Below, piece after piece: positions 50,708 through 63,227 of a stretch of 64,000 bases of DNA (position 1 is its first letter; the number at the start of each line of letters is the position of its first letter). This DNA comes from Octopus vulgaris. Its lineage: Eukaryota. A program made the translations under genes and the position numbers. The notes beneath the pieces were generated by a model. It searched no databases, was not told the origin of the DNA, and saw nothing but the letters and a program-made list of their open reading frames with translations. Where the stretch lies: NCBI GenBank assembly GCA_951406725.2, contig OX597817.1:154876001-154940000 (forward strand), in the 5' to 3' direction.

Positions 50708-51400
50708 GGCATGGATATCTGGTAAGAAGCCTGCTTCCCAGTTACATGGTTCTGGGTTCAGCCCCACTGTGTGGAACCTTGGGCAAGTGTCTTCTACTAT
50801 GTCTTTGGGCTGACCAAAGCCTTGTGAATGGATTTGTTTTGGTAAAATAAAGTACCAGTCAAGTACCAAGATCAAAGTAATTGATTAACTTCTTTTCCCA
50901 GTTACATGGTTCTGGGTTCCGCCCCACTGTGTGGCACCTTGGGCAAGTGTCTTCTACGATGTCTTTTGGCTGACCAAAGCCTTGTGAATGGATTTGTTTT
51001 GGTAAAATAAAGTACCAAGATCAAAGTAATTGATTAACTCCTTTTCCCAGTTACATGGTTCTGGGTTCAACCCCACTGTGTGGCACCTTGGGCAAGTGTC
51101 TTCTACTATGTCTTTGGGCTGACCAAAGCCTTGTGAATGGATTTGTTTTGGTAAAATAAAGTACCAGTCAAGTACCAAGATCAAAGTAATTGATTAACTC
51201 CTTTTCCCAGTTACATGGTTCTGGGTTCAGCCCCACTGTGTGGCACCTTGGGCAAGTGTCTTCTACTATGTCTTTGGGCTGACCAAAGCCTTGTGAATGG
51301 ATTTGTTTTGGTAAAATAAAGTACCAGTCAAGTACCAAGATCAAAGTAATTGACTAACTCCTTTTCCCAGATTTCAGGCCTTGTGCTTATATTTGAAACA
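50708..51400 (+). repeat. Four-copy tandem array of a chimeric SINE A-head/SINE B-tail unit (160, 149, 160, 160 bp)
   Basis: GTTACATGGTTCTGGGTTC starts at 50741, 50901, 51050 and 51210; units joined at TTCCCAG. Confidence 0.92.
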
Positions 51401-53365
51401 ATTATTATGATCATTGTTGTTGTTATTTGTGCTGCTGCATCATCAAAGACTAAGATTTTGAATTCACTTTTGCCACATTCCAAACAGTATTGTCTGTTTA
51501 TTCTTTTCCAAGGCTTCCTTTATTGTAGTTAGGCAATGCAAACTAAAAACAACTTTTTTTTTTCTGTCATTTTAAGAAATCTTTGCAATCCCTACAATCT
51601 TAACTGGCACATTGAATAATATAATCCTAGATACATTATGATTAAAAGACAGGGTGGTCATGCAGGGATGTTTTTTCTTCTTCATAAGTCTGCTATATCA
51701 GAGCTGACATAGGACAAAACAACAGCAACAGAGAGAGAGAGAGGAAAGAAATGATTACTTCTGAATAAATTAAGTATGTCTGATATGGGTTAAGACATCG
51801 CTTAAGGGTTCTGTTATTAAAACAAAACAATTTAGTTGATGTATGTTCCCTGTTCCTACAAATGTAGTCTCATGTCTAATCAAATATAATTTATTATTTC
51901 ACTACAGAAAATTATAATTAACACAGATCAAATGTTAATGAAAACATCTTATTAAAAACAAAGTAAAACATCATGTGGTTATCATGTGGTTCACATGTGG
52001 TTATCATCTTCTTTATCATGAATTATAGTTTTATTAATATTATTACTATTATTATTATTAGCATGGTAGCATCAGCACCATCTGTTAGTCATAGAGACGG
52101 AATCATCTTGTATTTTATATATTTGATAAGCTGCTGTGTGTAGTAAGCAAGTTTAATACTTTTTGTTGATGTTGCAAACATACAACAAAAGAGAACAAAA
52201 ACATATTACAGTGGAAATTAATATTCTAAAACCGACATTTAGCAGTATTAAAGATATGAAACTATTACAAATGCACTTAACTCATAACCTAGTAACAATT
52301 TCTGTGCATGCATGCACATGTGCGTGTTTGTGTGTATTTTAATAATAGCTGTATTGTCTCTTTAAAATACTTTAAATATAAAATTTTAGAAACTAACTCT
52401 GTATGTCACAACAATCAGAAATGTTGATACAAGTCAAATTATTTAATTGTATTTTTATTACATGTACATTACATTGTATTTACATTAAATGTAGGGTTTG
52501 GTGGGAGTATTAAATGTTTGGTGATTGCAATTTAATTTTTGGTCTTAAAAATATATATCTTTGCTATCTTAATAGATGATTGATTAGGTTTTAACTTAAT
52601 CGATCATGGTGAATTATTGACTGCAACATCAAACAAAATGCACTTTATGAATATTAATTACATTTATGTTCAGTCTGCTATATCTAAATGTATTTACCAT
52701 TATTGCAGGAAGAATAAAAACACTGTTTTCTTATTTTCTGTCTAAACTTTTTCTCATCTGCAGGGGCTCATGAAAGCAGTAGTTAGATTCACATTCAGTA
52801 GTATTAACTTTGTGATATAAGGCAGTCTATTGTTGTTAACATCTCCAGACTCCTGTCACATATTCCCTATACAGATAAATGAATTGAGGCATGTAGAATT
52901 AGATGCTCTGCTGAGAAATGCTGTAAAATGCCAATTCAGAATTTTAACCTACAACCTATAAGATGGTACTTCAATTATCTTATTTATTGCATGTAACTTC
53001 CATACCGTTTGATGATAGTTTGTGTTGTTGTAGTTTTTTCAGCCCCAGGTCAGCTCAGAGATAGTAAGCCTATGATCAAAGGCATTCCAGCTGTGACTAT
53101 CAATCCTATACATTCAGACATGGTGGTATCTAGAACTACATTATTATCCAATGTGTCCTTTAGCAGAGGGGAAATCAAGGCTTTTACTCGTAGTGGGTCA
53201 AACAGCCACATAAGAAACTCTCTCATTGGCTCACTGATGTTATGGTTTCTGTAAACCTTATTGATTTAAAAACATTGATCAAAAGCATTCTAGTCATAGC
53301 TGTCCCTTCTTTTTGAATATCTAAATCTACACGGCTGTCTAATGTGTCCTTATTTCTTTTAAGAC

Positions 53366-53598
53366 AGGCGGCGAGCTGGCAGAAACGTTAACACACTGGG
53401 CAAAATGCGTAGCCGTATTTCGTCTGCCGTTACGTTCTAGGTTCAAATTCCGCCAAGGTTGACTTTGCCTTTCATCCTTTCGGGGTCGATAAATTAAGTA
53501 CCAGTTACGCACTGGGGTCGATGTAATCCACTTAATCCGTTTGTCTGTCCTTGTTTGTCCCCTCTGTGTTTAGCCCCTTGTGGGTAGTAAAGAAATAC
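53366..53598 (+). mobile_element. SINE family B, full length
   Basis: Family B consensus; CTTATTTCTTTTAAGACAGG on both sides (TSD). Confidence 0.93.
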
Positions 53599-54001
53599 TT
53601 ATTTCTTTTAAGACAGGTTGGATATGGTTTGAGGGCAATTTGGCTGCTATCCCTATTTACTGTTGGTATTCTACCTTCATCTATCCATCCATCATTTTTT
53701 TCTCACTCATTATCATACTCTTTGTCATACATCATACGGTCCACCTTTTGTCCCGCATAGATAGCAGTTCCCAAAGCATGTTTTTCTTTTTGCCACCCAC
53801 TCTTTACCCTAGATAATACAATGTCCTTGACCCCCGCCCCCTCAACATAGTCTTGCTACTCACTGCACTAATTAGGTCAGGTAGGTTGGTAGTAGAACTT
53901 TATCTATTACTGCAGTGAATGGTGTTCATGCAGTCTATTGTCTTTGATTCATCTCACCCTACCCTTTCTTTTAAGTCATTGTTATGACAATCTACCCAAT
54001 A

Positions 54002-54637
54002 GGTGCAGGAGTGGCTATGTGGTAAGTAGCGTGCTAACCAACCACATGGTTCCGGGTTCAGTCCATCTGCGTGGCATCTTGGGCAAGTGTCTTCTGCTAT
54101 AGCCCCGGGCCGACCAATGCCTTGTGAGTGGATTTGGTAGACGGAAACTGAAAGAAGCCTGTCGTATACATGTATATATATATATGTATGTGTGTGTGTG
54201 TGTGTCTGTGTTTGACCCCCTAGCATTGCTTGACAACCGATGCTGGTGTGTTTACGTCCCCATCACTTAGCGGTTCGGCAAAAGAGACCAATAGAATAAG
54301 TAATGGGCTTACAAAGAATAAGTCCTGGGGTCGGTTTGCTCGACTGAAGGCGGTGCTCCAGCATGGCCGCAGTCAAATGACTGAAACAAGTAAAAGAGTA
54401 AAGAGAGAGAGTATGTGTGTGTGTGTGTGTGTTTGTGTGTCTGTGTTTGTCCCCCTAGCATTGCTTGACAACCGATGCTGGTGTGTTTACGTCCCCGTCA
54501 CTTAGCGGTTCGGCAAAAGAGACCGTTAGAATAAGTACTGGGCTTGCAAAAGAATAAGTCCCAGGGTCGATTTGCTCGACTAAAGGCGGTGCTCCAGCAT
54601 GGCCGCAGTCAGATGACTGAAACAAGTAAAAGAGTAA
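54002..54637 (+). mobile_element. SINE family A with tandemly duplicated 3' half
   Basis: Segment (TG)n...GTAAAAGAGTAAA present twice. Confidence 0.92.
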
Positions 54638-54916
54638 AGTGATTACAGTATGTAGGTTGGTTGATTACTTGAAAAAAAATTTTGTTCAGCATAACATAAG
54701 GATTAGACCTTTTAGTTTATATCACAGCTACTGCCTTACATGTGTTTACATCATTTGGATGAGCTTCTTGATCCTACTTACCAACAGTGTGTGTATGCCA
54801 CAGAACTTCCCAAAACTAGAAATGCTAGAAACAATTATTAAGTATTACTGTAGCCCAATATAAAATTATATATATATTATAATATATGATTTGATATATA
54901 TATATATATATATATC

Positions 54917-55195
54917 ACGTGACCAACCAGACCATCAGATGTTGTTACACATCGCTGGTCACAATGCGTTTGCATTGTTTTAGTCTTCGAATGACGCCAC
55001 CCCGCTGGCTAAGCGAGCAGGCCAACAGAAGAAAGAGTGGGAGAAAGAGTGGTGGAAGAGTACAACAGGGATCACCACCCCCTGCCGGAGCCTCGTGGAG
55101 CTTTTAGATGTTTTTGCTCAATAAACACTCAAAACGCCCGGCCTGGGAATCGAAACTGCGAGCCCGCTGCCCTAACCACTGGGCCATTGCGCCTC

Positions 55196-55197
<2 letters not shown>
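54917..55197 (-). mobile_element. Chimeric SINE: family C head with an alternative tail
   Basis: 55030-55197 matches the family C 5' part; 54917-55030 matches the tail of the 7640 element. Confidence 0.82.
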
Positions 55198-55233
<36 letters not shown>

Positions 55234-55994
55234 GTATGAAATACTAAACAGAAAACAGGTATGGTATTCAGAGCTTTATAGGACATACACACATTTCAGC
55301 AAAATACTGAAATAGTTACATAATAAGTCGAGACATTATGCAATCATGCATTTCACCTCATCAGTGTCCCACATAAATACAACAGTCTGTGTGTTGCAAT
55401 TTACTGTGCCTCCTCTTCTTGTTATATGATTCAGTCCCAGTGCACAGCACTTTGGGCAAGTATCTTCTATTATAGCCCCAGGCTGATCAAAGCCTTGTAA
55501 ATGGATTTGGTAGACAGAAACTGAAAGAGGATCATGTTGTATGGGGGTGTGTGTTTGCACTTCTAAGAATCATAAAATATAAGCAGTAGCAGTGTTGTTT
55601 TTCCTGTCAACAAATCACCTACTAGCTCTGCGCTGTCAAAGACGTGTAAAATAAGAGATCCCTTATTTGAAAAACTGATAAGAGTTAGTGACAGGAAGGC
55701 CATTCAGCTGTAAGACAATACTTCAATAGTATAATCATCTAACTCATGTAGCATGAAAAACTGACATAAAAATGGAAAACAAGGAAGATATATCAATCAT
55801 CGTCAGTGGATGCCATGCTCTATGCTAGTTGTTCATTCAACACTGAAGAATCTGGTTCCCTTGTGTGTCATGAACCTAATATATGTATTAGAGTAATGGT
55901 AGAAATACATATCATCGCTATTAGGTTAAACTGTCATATGTCCAAATTTGGTCAAATATGTGGGGGTTTTTTTCAATAGTAATTTTTGCTAAGA

Positions 55995-56213
55995 CAGTGA
56001 GCTGGCAGAAACATTAGCATGCCTGGTGAAATGCTTAGCAGTATTTCGTCTCTCTTTACATTCTGAGTTCAAATTCCGCCTAGGTCGACTTTGCCTTTCA
56101 TCCTTTGGGGGGGGGGGGGCAATAAATTAAGTACCAGTTGTGTACTGGGGTCAATCTAATCAACTGACCTTCTCCCCCAAAATTTCAGGCCATGTGTCTA
56201 GAGTAGAAAAGAA
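55995..56213 (+). mobile_element. SINE family B, variant tail
   Basis: Family B head and core. Confidence 0.85.
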
Positions 56214-56411
56214 TATATATTTTTGCTTGCAATAGCCGGTTCTTTTAGTCAAACTATCATATCTCCAGCTGCTTCAGATACCAAGATATAAAAAATTGTC
56301 AAAATGTAGTACAGTGGTTTTGCTATGGAATGAATGGTGAAACTTTGTTTTTTTTGTTTTTTGAAAAAGCAATGTTTTAGACTTATGACACTTTTGCATA
56401 ATAGCAACAAT

Positions 56412-56923
56412 TGTTGGCATCCTTTTTGTCTCAGGAGACAATGGAGTTGTGCGTAAAATAGTCTAGTCCAGCTTTTACATGTCATGTCCTGATACACTTC
56501 CTGCTGTGGCTGTGTAGTCCTATCCTGGACAAACACTCCCTCTGGCAGGTACCGCAAATGTAGCGAAGACTGTTCCTACCTGGTTGTAATGCCATAGTTT
56601 CTTGTTGACGTCTGTTCTTGTCTTTCTATTTCTCCTCTCTCTCTCTCTCTCCTTTTGTATTCCCTCTTTTACGGTACGTCGCCAATCTCCACGGTTGCCG
56701 GCAACTGCTTCCCAACCGCTAATATTGATGTTGCAGGCCTTCATGTCCCTTTTGCAAACATCCTTGTAACGTAAGAACGGTCTACCTACAGACCTAGTAC
56801 CCTTAGCAAGCTCTCCGTAGAGTATGTCCTTGGGGATTCTGCCATCTTTCATATGGCTGACATGCCCAAGCCATCTCATACTTCTTCACTACTTCAGGGA
56901 GTGAGACCCTGCCTGACAACAAT
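56412..56923 (-). mobile_element. RTE-clade LINE 3' end with 11-bp TSD
   Basis: RWLGHVSHMKDGRIPKDILYGEL..GTRSVGRPFLRYKD...WRRTV and, after a frameshift, CGTCQRECLSRIGLHSHSRKC; ATAGCAACAAT at 56401-56411 and 56924-56934. Confidence 0.92.
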
Positions 56924-57314
56924 ATAGCAACAATATAGTTTAATAAAATCATATACTCTATTGTGTGTGTAATGTAATTATCTTATCTCCTGAAAATGTT
57001 ATCTGTTCATTCTAAACACTTCACAAAGATTATCATGCTAGGATGGTTTCTCATTGCCTTCTCCAGGCTCACAGCAACAGTTGAAATCCTCACTTTACAG
57101 TGTTCCCATTGTTTACAGCAGTGAGTTGTTTCTATCTTGTGGTCCCTATTTGCAATTAGGTGGACTGGGCCATTTGAGAGATAAGTGTTTTGGCTAAAGA
57201 TATGTACAAAGCAATATAAGTCATTACAGAATATGAATCATTGACCTCTTAGCTGGTTTGCCATTGTTATCTACTTGGCTGCTTATGCTATCTTAAGTAT
57301 ATAGATAAACAGGC

Positions 57315-57360
<46 letters not shown>

Positions 57361-57377
57361 CATATGTATATATATAG

Positions 57378-57560
57378 TTAATCAAAACAAGAAAACACAA
57401 AAAAACACAACAACACGAGGATGTGGAACAAATATAGTATTATTGGACGCTCAGGAAAGAAGGGAAGAAGGAGGGTTTAACGTTTCGAGCGGAGCTCTTC
57501 GTCGGAAACATAGGAGAAGGGAAGACAGAGGAAAAAAAATCGTCAACGGTACACGATAAA
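57378..57560 (-). mobile_element. Penelope-like element terminal fragment next to (TA)n
   Basis: Contains a minimal hammerhead motif typical of PLE termini; ends in a TA microsatellite. Confidence 0.65.
57475..57509 (-). ncRNA. Minimal type I hammerhead ribozyme motif (PLE-associated)
   Basis: GTTT-CCGACGA-A-GAGC-TCC-GCTC-GAA-ACGT-T-AAAC: stem I GTTT/AAAC, stem II GAGC/GCTC, palindromic stem III; U4 is replaced by C. Confidence 0.6.
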
Positions 57561-57838
57561 ACAAATTTTTTAAATGATAAAAAATAAGTTCTAATAACAA
57601 ATAAGTGATAGGAAAAATTACATATTTACAGTTACATTTGTCTTTCCAAAGCACTGATGTTTTGGGTCATCTTATCTCAATCTGAGTTAGGCCAATGAAA
57701 TTGAATATAACAGTAAATGTATTCTAAATGTATGTATGAATTGACTCAGGTGTGTGGTTCTGAGTGCATTGTGGATGATCTTTCAGCTGTTAAACTCTAG
57801 TAGGTCAAAACCTAATATATGTTTTAGAGAAATGATAA

Positions 57839-58501
57839 AAACCATGTCCAGCCCAGGTGTAGACAATCTCAGCAAAGCACACTTGATATTCCAGTGGAGG
57901 GTAATTTCTCCTTCTCTCTCGCTCCCCACACGCAGTAACACAACTTCACTTAATCTTTGTAAAAACACAAATAGTCATATTCTAATAAATTCATATATTC
58001 TGTTGTGTGTGCAATGTAATTTAATTATTTCCTGTGTGTATGTTATCTGCTAATCTTAAGTACTTCCATTTTTAGAAGTGTCTATGAAATATCTAACCCA
58101 TTGATTATGTCAAATGAAGCAGCATGTCTTTTGTAGTGTATGCCTTGAGTATGAATATGAAATAAGATGTGATGTATTCTGTATATCAAACAAGATATCG
58201 GATGTGTATATCATTTTCTCATTTTTCCATTGTCTCACTTGAATCTCTGAAAAATTGTCATCATGTCTTTTAACCCTGTGTTTTAAATGTTGCAGATTTA
58301 TCCTGAATGTTTCACAATAGAAAACTATCAAACTAACAAAAATGTTAAGAAATAGTTCATTTGGGAAATGGTTAAACCATGTCCAGCCCAGGTGTGGACA
58401 ATCTCAGCAAAGCACACTTGATAGTCCAGTGGAGGGTAATTTCTCCTTGCCCCCCTACGGTAACACAACTTCACTTAATCTTTGTAAAAACACAAATAGT
58501 C
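57839..58501. repeat. Direct duplication of about 130 bp (57839-57976 and 58374-58501)
   Basis: AAACCATGTCCAGCCCAGGTGT.GACAATCTCAGCAAAGCACACTTGATA...CTTTGTAAAAACACAAATAGTC twice. Confidence 0.9.
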
Positions 58502-58539
58502 GTTTAGTTTGTGTTCGCACTGCTACATACCTGTGCATT

Positions 58540-58975
58540 TTCGTCACTGCAAAAATTGCTTCCAGTGTCCGTTTTGTAGTATATGTGTCATTGGTTTATT
58601 CTGTGTTGTGTCATTTCAAAAGTGCTTCCAGTTCCAACTCTGTCACACATCTTTTGAGTTTACTATGGTGTTTTACTGTAAAAACTGAAGCACTCCACTT
58701 CCAGCTGTATAACACATCTACCTTTAATTCGAGGTATTGCATCATCATAAAAATGCTTCTTGTACCAACTGTATAACACAATTAATCCTTTGGGTTATTG
58801 TGTTATGTCAGTATAAAACTGCTTCTTGTACCAACTGCATAATGGAATTGTCATTTGGTTTATTGTGTTGTATCTGTAAAATTTGCTTCTTATACTGACT
58901 GCATAACATATTCATCATTTGGTCTATTGTGTTGTAACACTGTAAAAAAAAAAATGCTTATTGTATCAGCTGTAT
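58540..58975. repeat. Degenerate tandem repeat, about 66-bp period, about seven units
   Basis: TGCTT anchor at 58557, 58623, 58754, 58820, 58884 and 58955. Confidence 0.75.
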
Positions 58976-60313
58976 CTCTCAAGTTTCCTTTTGCTGTTGT
59001 ATCACTTTCTTTCTGCATGATTTACTTAATATTGTCCATTTCCCTCTTGTCCTCTTATCATATTTTCTTGTCACTTGCTATTTTTGTTGCTGTTCTGTCA
59101 AACACACAAGTCTCTCCTCCCATTTATGGTTCATCTTTAATAATAGACGTGAATTAATAGATGCAGCGTCATATTTTTACACACATTTTTACGGTTGATG
59201 CTTTATTTTCTTTAGTTTTTTGATGTTGTAGTAATTGTAGTTGTTGTAATGATTGTCTTTTTACATTTATATTTTTCTATTGTCTACATAATTTTTTTTA
59301 AAAAATCTATTTGTTTGTTCCTTGTTATTTTTCCTTAAAATTAACAGCAAAATTAATGTGCTGGTACTTACTGACCACAGAATTCTGTGTTCAAAAATAA
59401 CTACAGTAATAATGTTATGTTCATGAGTAAAGTGCATAACTAACTCTATATGCTTCAGCTGGTTTGACTAACTACAAATTAAATCCATACTACACTGCAA
59501 TTGGTTATCAGTAGGAAGGATATTCAGCTGTAAAAAAATAATTGATCCAATAATATAAAAATATCCAATTTTGGAGGAACCCATCCAAGCTAGAATGGAA
59601 AAATATTGGTACAAAAATGTGTAAAATAAAAAAAAAAAAAAAAGATTGTGAAAATCGAACTGTAATTTTGTGATAAAATAATGTCCATCCTCTGTAATTT
59701 GGAATAAAAGTCCTTACATTTTATGTATTTCTTTCTGTTTATTTAAGAAAACTCCCGGTAGATTTGGCTCGAACAAAGATTTTTTTGTTTTTACAATCTG
59801 TTCTATATAAACATTGGTTATTGTCCTGAAATTGGATTCTCATACTTTGGATTACAAAAATATCTGGAACTCTCTGGAATTCTCTTTTCAGATTTCACTC
59901 TATAATTTCCTTCTGTTTTTCTTTCTTTTGTTTCTGTCTTTTTTTTATTATAATATAAACTAAATAGTCTTATTTCTTGTTATTGGTTTCAAGTAAATGG
60001 TTTATCCAAGAATGGCTGGCATTATTTGGATTGGGTTTTTAAGGGAGATCTCCAGAGGAGCAAAGAAAGAGAAAAGGGTTTTAATGCTCAATAAACAAAT
60101 ACTGCTGTTATTATTATGGGTGAAGTTGTGAATAGCAGAATAGACAGAAAGGCAACATAAAACTAGGGTGAATAATGTTGTTGAGGAATAAAGGGATCAG
60201 ACTTCCAGCTTACTTTACCGAAATTATGTCAACTTGGAGAAATGAATACTAAACCAATGAAAATGGTAATGATGATGCTAAATGCAATTATAATGATGCT
60301 AATGCTGACTTAC

Positions 60314-60334
60314 CACTAAACCAGTCTAACTCAG
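60314..60334 (-). other. Candidate 21-nt microexon
   Basis: Minus strand: CTCAATCCTTGTTTCAATTTTAG|CTGAGTTAGACTGGTTTAGTG|GTAAGT; phase 1 reads xELDWFS. Confidence 0.35.
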
Positions 60335-61574
60335 CTAAAATTGAAACAAGGATTGAGATATTATGGTATTTCTATCTCCCTCTGGGGCCTGTTCTTTAAA
60401 TTTAATTGTTATTATTTTCTTCCAGCTTGGCACAAAGGGCATTTTTACAAGAGGGGAATATAGTCAGTTAATTGACTTTACCAGGGAATTACTCGCATAT
60501 TTCAGTAACTCCCAGAGAAATTTAAATCCAAATCAACTCCTAGCAAGGTTTGAAATCTAAGAACATTAGAGAAAGACCAAATTAATTGGGTAAAACATTT
60601 AGTTCAGTGCTTTATCATTTTTCCCTGCCCCCTATCTTGTTTTAATGACTCCCAAAGAAATTTGAAGCAAAACTGACCTCCTTCTTCCTTGTAGGATTCA
60701 AACAATATCCAGGAGACAAAACAAAATGCTGGAAATCAATCAGTTCACAGAACTACCATTTCTGCCTACTCACAACATTCACATTCACTTGAATTATTCT
60801 AGATTTTAATTAATAAAATAACATAATTAATTAGTGATGTCTAGAGATTTATTAGTACTAAATTCCTGAAAGGAAGTGAACTTAATTTAAGTTCAGTTCA
60901 CTTCACATTCCACTTTCCATCCCCACAGTTATTTTTTTCTAATCAAAAATTTAGTTCAAGACATAATCTTGCAGAATGGCAGCTGTTTTAATAAGATTGT
61001 TTTTTTTTTTTTTATCTCTTTTCTGGAGAATGGAATTCTTTAAAAATGTTAAAATATTCCCACTGATGGGAATATTTGTTACTATTATTGCTTTAAGAGG
61101 ATGTTTTGGTAAGACGCATGAATTGGTAATTTTGACACTGCGTGTGTGCATGTGTTTGTATGTTTCTTTGCAACTCATATAAATGTTTATGCAGTTATAC
61201 TTTGAAGGAATAATTATTTGGTAAAAATCCTAAGAGCATCAGATAAAATACCTTGCATTATTTCTTTCAGTATATTACATTCTGAGTTTAAATCCTGCTG
61301 AAGCAAACTCTGCCTTTAATCTTTCAAACTCTACAAAAACTAAGTTCCAGTCAAGTACTGGTGTCATTGTAATCAACTAATTACCTTCTCTCAATTTGCA
61401 ACCTAATTCCTAAATTAGAAGCAATTATTGTGCAACTTTCTCACTGCACCACCAGGGGGCACCTCCGTGGTCCTGAGACATATGCAGTATTGCTTCTTTA
61501 GAATGTAAATATGTGTTTGTATGTTACATCTCTTTTGTTTTGTTGTTTCTTGTGCTACTTCAATAATCTGATTA

Positions 61575-62239
61575 CCCTTTTTGTGATCAACCCACCTGAG
61601 ACCACCCTTAGTTCTGTATCAGAAATGTCTTGTTGTAAAGTGATTTAAATTCAAACCTTCCATCAAAATTCCATGTTCATTTATGTTCCTATACATTAGC
61701 TTAACCCTTTAGTGTTTGCATTATTCTGCCAAAATTAATGCTTTTTTTATCCACATAGTTTTGAACTAATCTTGCATTATCTTGTAGCTATGAGATTTTG
61801 ATGAGGTAGCTGTTAATTTTTAAAGCGATATTGTAGGGTTGGTGTGAGAGACCAGATCTGGCCAGTTTGAACATAAAACAGGCAGAATACTTTTGGCTGG
61901 ATATGGCCGGTTTAAATGCTAAAGAGTCAATAATCCTTTCTGCTATAGGCACAAGGTCTGAAATTTGTGGAGAGGGTAACTAGTTCATTACATCAACCCC
62001 AGTACACAACTGGTATTTAGTTTATCGATCCCCCTCCCCCAAGGATGAAAGGTAAAGTTGACCTTGGTGGAACTTGAACTCAGAATTTAGCAACAGGCGA
62101 AATACCACTAAGCATTTTACCTGGCATGCTAACGATTCTGCTAGCTTACTGCCTTACACCAGCTTAATGACAAAGCTATTTCCCAAATTAATTGAAATTG
62201 AGGCAGTGTTTTTCAATAGAAATAAGGTAGTGAAAAAGG
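61575..62239 (-). mobile_element. MITE family F hosting a SINE B (61931-62155, minus) and a MITE E (61705-61926)
   Basis: Flanks align to the reverse complement of 31804-32026; ACA..AGCTTAA(T) duplicated around the inserts. Confidence 0.8.
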
Positions 62240-63227
62240 TTAATCTCACAGTTCAGTAATGACTGGATGGACCATGGTACATATCACTCAATCTTGTTTG
62301 ATTTGGAAATGTGCATAAAGGACTCGACTTCACATTTATCACTGCACATAAATCTCCATTCTTGTACCATATCAAAAGTGTTCAATATTTGTGTTTGAAA
62401 TGATAATGTATGTGCATGAATGTATGTCTGCAGGGATTTGCATTTTCGGGCGTTTGAGTATGTATGTATGTTTGTTTTCCATACAACTGGGTTTCATGAT
62501 GTTCTATGCTGGAGTATGAAACAAACTTCTCAGGCACAAGCGTGGTTGTGAGGCTTGCAGATTTGCTTCTCAGTTACTAAGTTTTGGGTTTAAGTCACTG
62601 CATGGCACCTTTGGCAAGTGTTTTCTACTGTAGGCTCTCATCAACCAACATCTTGTGAGTGAATTTGAAAGGTGGAAAATGCAGGAAGCCTTGTGTGTGT
62701 GTGTGTGTGTGTGTGTGTGGATATTATGATCTGTTCTTTCACGAAGATAGTGCTTAGTTATAAACAGTGAACTTTGTTGACAATTTTGAGTCAACAAATC
62801 AATCAGATAACTCTTGTACTTTCAATCAAAGATCCATGGAATTAAGAAAATTTCTCAGTTGATTAGCAGGTAAAGGTTTCGCAAGAGGAAGTTAATCATT
62901 GCTTCAATAATATGTAACCATGCAAGCTTGGCATAAACAGACATAAAGTGAATAAATAAATGAACATTGCAAATGAGAAGTGCCAACATTGTCAATCAAA
63001 TGAAGTCCTTATTGCCAAGCTGTATTAAATGATAAATATATATCTGTTCAATACACTCAGAACAATATAATTTCAGTTGGCCATCCATCTAACTACAGTT
63101 ATTTCAGTGACCTATCCACTCCATATAGTCTGTTACTATATTTGTCATGTCTGTGCATGAAAGAGCTATACTTGATGCAGAAGAGAGTGAGAGGGAGGAA
63201 GAAATGTATACTTTTTTTCTTCAACAG

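Noticed and set aside
2535-54637. Recurrent peptides such as RQASFSFRLPNPLTR, PAVLFHHNFLS and DALPNANHS as a gene family
   Set aside because: Chance frames within SINE families A, C and D; frames are not preserved between copies
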